Shown: positions 34,797-37,716 of the stretch, piece after piece
Position numbering within the stretch: the stretch's first letter is position 1
How the letters are laid out: each line of letters starts with the position of its first letter
NCBI GenBank assembly: GCA_036336225.1
Contig: JAYZGM010000230.1
Span: forward strand, 1-37,716
DNA length: 37,716 nt
Direction of reading: 5' to 3'
From: Acidobacteriota bacterium
Lineage (GTDB): Bacteria > Acidobacteriota > Vicinamibacteria > Vicinamibacterales > UBA8438
Notes under the pieces: model-generated
Seen by the model: only the letters and a program-made list of their open reading frames with translations
Told to the model about the DNA's origin: nothing
The model's database searches: none
Program-made: the position numbers and the translations under genes

Positions 34797-37115
34797 TTAG
34801 CGCAAGAGATCAAAGAGATAACTGTATTTCACGGTGAAGGTACGACCGCTCGCCAGAGAGGGAGTAAACCGAGATCCGAGCGCGTCGTCGAAATACTGGA
34901 CGTCGTTGTAGACGACAAACAGACCGGTGTTCGCATCCGACAATAGTCCGAACCGGAGATTCGATGACCAGAGATTGGCGCGGTCGTTGTACTGCACTAA
35001 TGCTTGGAAGAACATGCGGGTCGTAAAAGAATACGAGGCCCGCAGTCGAACCAGATTGGTGGTGAAATTTCCTGCAGGTAGCCGTAAATCGTTATAACTC
35101 CACTCAATCACCGAATTAAACGTCTCGCCAACCCGGGCTGCAATCGACGGCGTCAACGTGACCCGCTCACCACCGAACAATCCCCCGACGACCGTATCGA
35201 TGTTGAAACTGACCGGAGCACCCAAATTGGTGTTGCCGGCAATCTGGACTTCCTTGTGGTCATAGGTCCCAGGCGCCACCACCACACCTGGGTAGATTTC
35301 GAACGGCGCAAACACCCCTTCGCGGGTGATATTCACGCCGGTGTGAACCTCATACCCATTTCGCCACTCGATATGATTATCGATGTGGGTGAACTGGCTT
35401 TGCTGTCGACCCGTCTCAAACTCGAACACAGTGTTATGCGAGACATGGGGTCGAAATTCGTGAACCCCCATGAAGTTGTCCGGGCGCAATGTCGTGTACA
35501 CCGTGCCGTTCATCCGCCGATAGCTCTCCCTGGCAAGAAACCCCACCTCAGGGTTGAAATTTGGCGCCACTTCCGTGAAACCGATGCCCAAACGCGCTTG
35601 TTCCGACTGGTGTTGAGCACTAAACGCGTAGGCGTGCGCGTCCGATGTCGGCCGATCTGGGGACTCCGTGCCTGCAACAAACCCGCTGACGATGCCTCCT
35701 TCGCCAATGCCCCAGCGTCCGTCCGCAGCGTAGCTCCGGTTGTAGTCGTCGTCCCCAGCCAGGTTACCGGTTGCCTGTCGGTTCACGAACATGGCGCCGA
35801 TGTTTGATCGATTGGGGAGATCTTGCCGGATGCGGCCGACGGTGAAATTCTGTCGTGGAGTACTGGTCGCCTCAACAGCAGCGGTCTGCATATTCAGGAA
35901 TCCAACATTGGTATTTGCCCCGATTTTCCCGGAGAGTCGCCCGCCACCCACTATCGGAACCTGACCGCCGGATTCACTGAGTCCAATGCGCCGGCTGAAA
36001 AATACGTCAACTGCCCCTGATTGCCCCACAGAGAACAGTCCGGCGTTTTCTAGAAAGAAAGGTCGCTTTTCCGGAAAAAACAGCGTGAAACGGTCAAGGT
36101 TAACCTGTTCATCGTCGACCTCGACCTGAGCAAAGTCAGTGTTGTAGGTCAGGTCGAGTGTCATGCTTGGGGTAATGCTGTATTTGAGATCGGCACCCAA
36201 GTTGCCAGTTTCGTTACTACGGGCCGTCCCTCGTAGCGACTGTCCGAGCACATATGGCGTGAACTGCAAGTTCCGCTGCGGGGGCACCTCTACCGCTTGG
36301 AGCTCACCCGCAAGCGAGATCCGGTTGATGTTCCATTGCCGCGGTAACGGTGACCAATAGACCTGCTCATTCTTGGCCCGAATGTTCCGTTGAAAATTCA
36401 CGCCCCATGTCTGCATAGTGGCCCGTGGGTATCTGAGCGTGCGGAAGGGAATGGCGATTTCCGCGGTCCATCCAAAGTTGGTCACGTCCGCGGCCACCTG
36501 CCACACACCATCCCAATTAACGTTAGACCCCCCTCCCGAACCCCGTTGCTGCCGGTTATTGCTCGGGCGGCCGCTCCCGCCTCCGCCGAAGCGCCCACTC
36601 CCCTGTCCTTCGTTGATGACCTGCGCGTCGTACTCGACACCGGCGGGATTCGTCCCGAAAACGAAGCCGTTCTGTCCATCCTGATAGGTGTCGAGAATGA
36701 TCTGAAAACTGTCAGTTTCGGTCAGGTCCGAGTCACGTCGACTATCGGCGACGACAATGGTGTTCGGGTCGTCGGTGTAGCACACGATTCCAAAATAGAT
36801 GGTGTCATCCGTGTACACGATACGCACTTCAGTGCGTTCTGACGACGGCTGCCCCTCGAAAGGACGGCTCTGCACAAATCCGGTGGCCAGCATAGCCCCC
36901 GTGTACGCGGGGTCGTTGAGGACCTCGCCGTCCACCAGGGGGCTCGTGCCGGGTCCCGACGCGCGGACTAGTGGGAACCCCGCGGCGGTGAACTCGCGTG
37001 TCTCATCGGGGAGGGCGGTGTCGACGGGCTCCTGAGCCGATGTGGATACGGTTTGTGGAGCGGCCCAGACGAAGAGGATGAGGACAGCTCGGAAACGACG
37101 GTATGTCAGAATCAT
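34797..37115 (-). CDS. CBM9-like plus DUF5916 outer-membrane protein
   Basis: The ORF track extends to 37331. The internal ATG at 37115 gives a clean signal peptide, MILTYRRFRAVLILFVWAAPQTVSTSAQE. IVYTDDTIYFGIVCYTDD...DSFQIILDTYQDGQNGFVFGTNPAGVEYDAQV matches the CBM9/DOMON-like N-domain. The long beta-rich C-terminus ends in the aromatic YSYLFDLLR. Confidence 0.75.
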   Translation of the reverse strand: MILTYRRFRAVLILFVWAAPQTVSTSAQEPVDTALPDETREFTAAGFPLVRASGPGTSPLVDGEVLNDPAYTGAMLATGFVQSRPFEGQPSSERTEVRIVYTDDTIYFGIVCYTDDPNTIVVADSRRDSDLTETDSFQIILDTYQDGQNGFVFGTNPAGVEYDAQVINEGQGSGRFGGGGSGRPSNNRQQRGSGGGSNVNWDGVWQVAADVTNFGWTAEIAIPFRTLRYPRATMQTWGVNFQRNIRAKNEQVYWSPLPRQWNINRISLAGELQAVEVPPQRNLQFTPYVLGQSLRGTARSNETGNLGADLKYSITPSMTLDLTYNTDFAQVEVDDEQVNLDRFTLFFPEKRPFFLENAGLFSVGQSGAVDVFFSRRIGLSESGGQVPIVGGGRLSGKIGANTNVGFLNMQTAAVEATSTPRQNFTVGRIRQDLPNRSNIGAMFVNRQATGNLAGDDDYNRSYAADGRWGIGEGGIVSGFVAGTESPDRPTSDAHAYAFSAQHQSEQARLGIGFTEVAPNFNPEVGFLARESYRRMNGTVYTTLRPDNFMGVHEFRPHVSHNTVFEFETGRQQSQFTHIDNHIEWRNGYEVHTGVNITREGVFAPFEIYPGVVVAPGTYDHKEVQIAGNTNLGAPVSFNIDTVVGGLFGGERVTLTPSIAARVGETFNSVIEWSYNDLRLPAGNFTTNLVRLRASYSFTTRMFFQALVQYNDRANLWSSNLRFGLLSDANTGLFVVYNDVQYFDDALGSRFTPSLASGRTFTVKYSYLFDLLR

Positions 37116-37333
37116 GTGGGGGCTCTGAGGGAAAGCGGTCGAGCTCAGTGTATGGAATGTATACGGCCGCCTCGCGGGAATCGTTTCGCGGGCCGATGAC
37201 CGGCAGGGATGGGCGATTCGGTCTTGACCTGAGCCTCGCTCGGTAGTAATTAGGATACTGGTTATTGGCCTACTCATCGCTGCCCTTTGAGCGGGGACCC
37301 CAGGCCTGGTTCTTTTTCGGAGGACTCGCACCC

Positions 37334-37716
37334 ATGACCTGTGACAACCGCCGTTTCGTCACCCTTGGAGGGGTCTTGGCTGTCCTCGTCTTCGCGGCGT
37401 CGGCCGCGACGGCGCAACCGCCGGACCGGTGGACCAGACCATTCGAAGGCCACCGTGTGATCGGCAATCTCTACGCTGTGGGAACCTATGACCTCGCCGT
37501 CTTCTTGATCACGTCCGATGAGGGGCACATTCTCATCAACACCGGGCTCGAAGATTCCACGGCGTTGATTCGGGGCAATATGGCGTCGCTCGGGTTCGAG
37601 CTAGAAGATATCCAAATTCTGTTGACCATGCAGGCGCACTGGGATCACACGGCCGCGCTGGCTGAGATCAAGGGGATTGCAGACGCTGAAATGTGGGCCA
37701 CGGAGGGTGATGCCCG
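37334..37716 (+). CDS. Subclass B3 metallo-beta-lactamase-family protein, 5' part only (runs off the window)
   Basis: Not in the ORF track (no stop in window). Hand translation from ATG 37334: MTCDNRRFVTLGGVLAVLVFAASAATAQPPDRWTRPFEGHRVIGNLYAVGTYDLAVFLITSDEGHILINTGLEDSTALIRGNMASLGFELEDIQILLTMQAHWDHTAALAEIKGIADAEMWATEGDA. The GNLYAVGT...LINTGLE...xHxDH layout is typical of B3 enzymes. Confidence 0.8.
   Translation, partial: MTCDNRRFVTLGGVLAVLVFAASAATAQPPDRWTRPFEGHRVIGNLYAVGTYDLAVFLITSDEGHILINTGLEDSTALIRGNMASLGFELEDIQILLTMQAHWDHTAALAEIKGIADAEMWATEGDA

Overview
High-GC (by eye >60%) bacterial chromosomal segment, about 90% coding. I saw no rRNA, tRNA, CRISPR array, transposase, integrase or phage genes. 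I support 24 intact or edge-truncated protein genes, 3 decayed genes and one gene that appears split by an in-frame stop. In window order: a partial ACP/fatty-acyl-AMP-ligase fusion; two tandem secreted cyclophilins; a HEAT-like ORF and a DUF349-repeat ORF in the same frame, separated by a single TAG; an Lhr-type large helicase; an M28/PA/PDZ peptidase; a degraded vapBC remnant; acetyl-CoA synthetase; an intact vapBC pair; a secreted MBL-fold hydrolase; a multiply frameshifted small ORF; a conserved-unknown secreted protein; two translationally coupled PQQ-like beta-propeller proteins; a divergent HupE/UreJ and CopD pair plus a small PDZ protein; a DUF2891-like protein; a truncated, frameshifted amidohydrolase pseudogene; hflX; a TolB-like PD40 propeller fused to a PHP/CehA-McbA-like metallohydrolase; an amidohydrolase lipoprotein; a CBM9/DUF5916-type outer-membrane protein; and the 5' end of a subclass B3 metallo-beta-lactamase with a Gln first zinc ligand. 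The content is dominated by signal-peptide-bearing periplasmic or outer-membrane proteins, suggesting a diderm such as Gemmatimonadota or Acidobacteriota; that is a guess I cannot verify here. The most unusual non-genic signal is a roughly 150-160 nt intergenic element present twice (2222-2368 and 7367-7528). Each copy has an 87-nt core (67/87 identical, ungapped) enclosed by an inverted repeat, and each abuts the start codon of the neighbouring gene. I found no convincing multi-gene defence or novel system; the other findings are gene decay, domain architecture and active-site variants.
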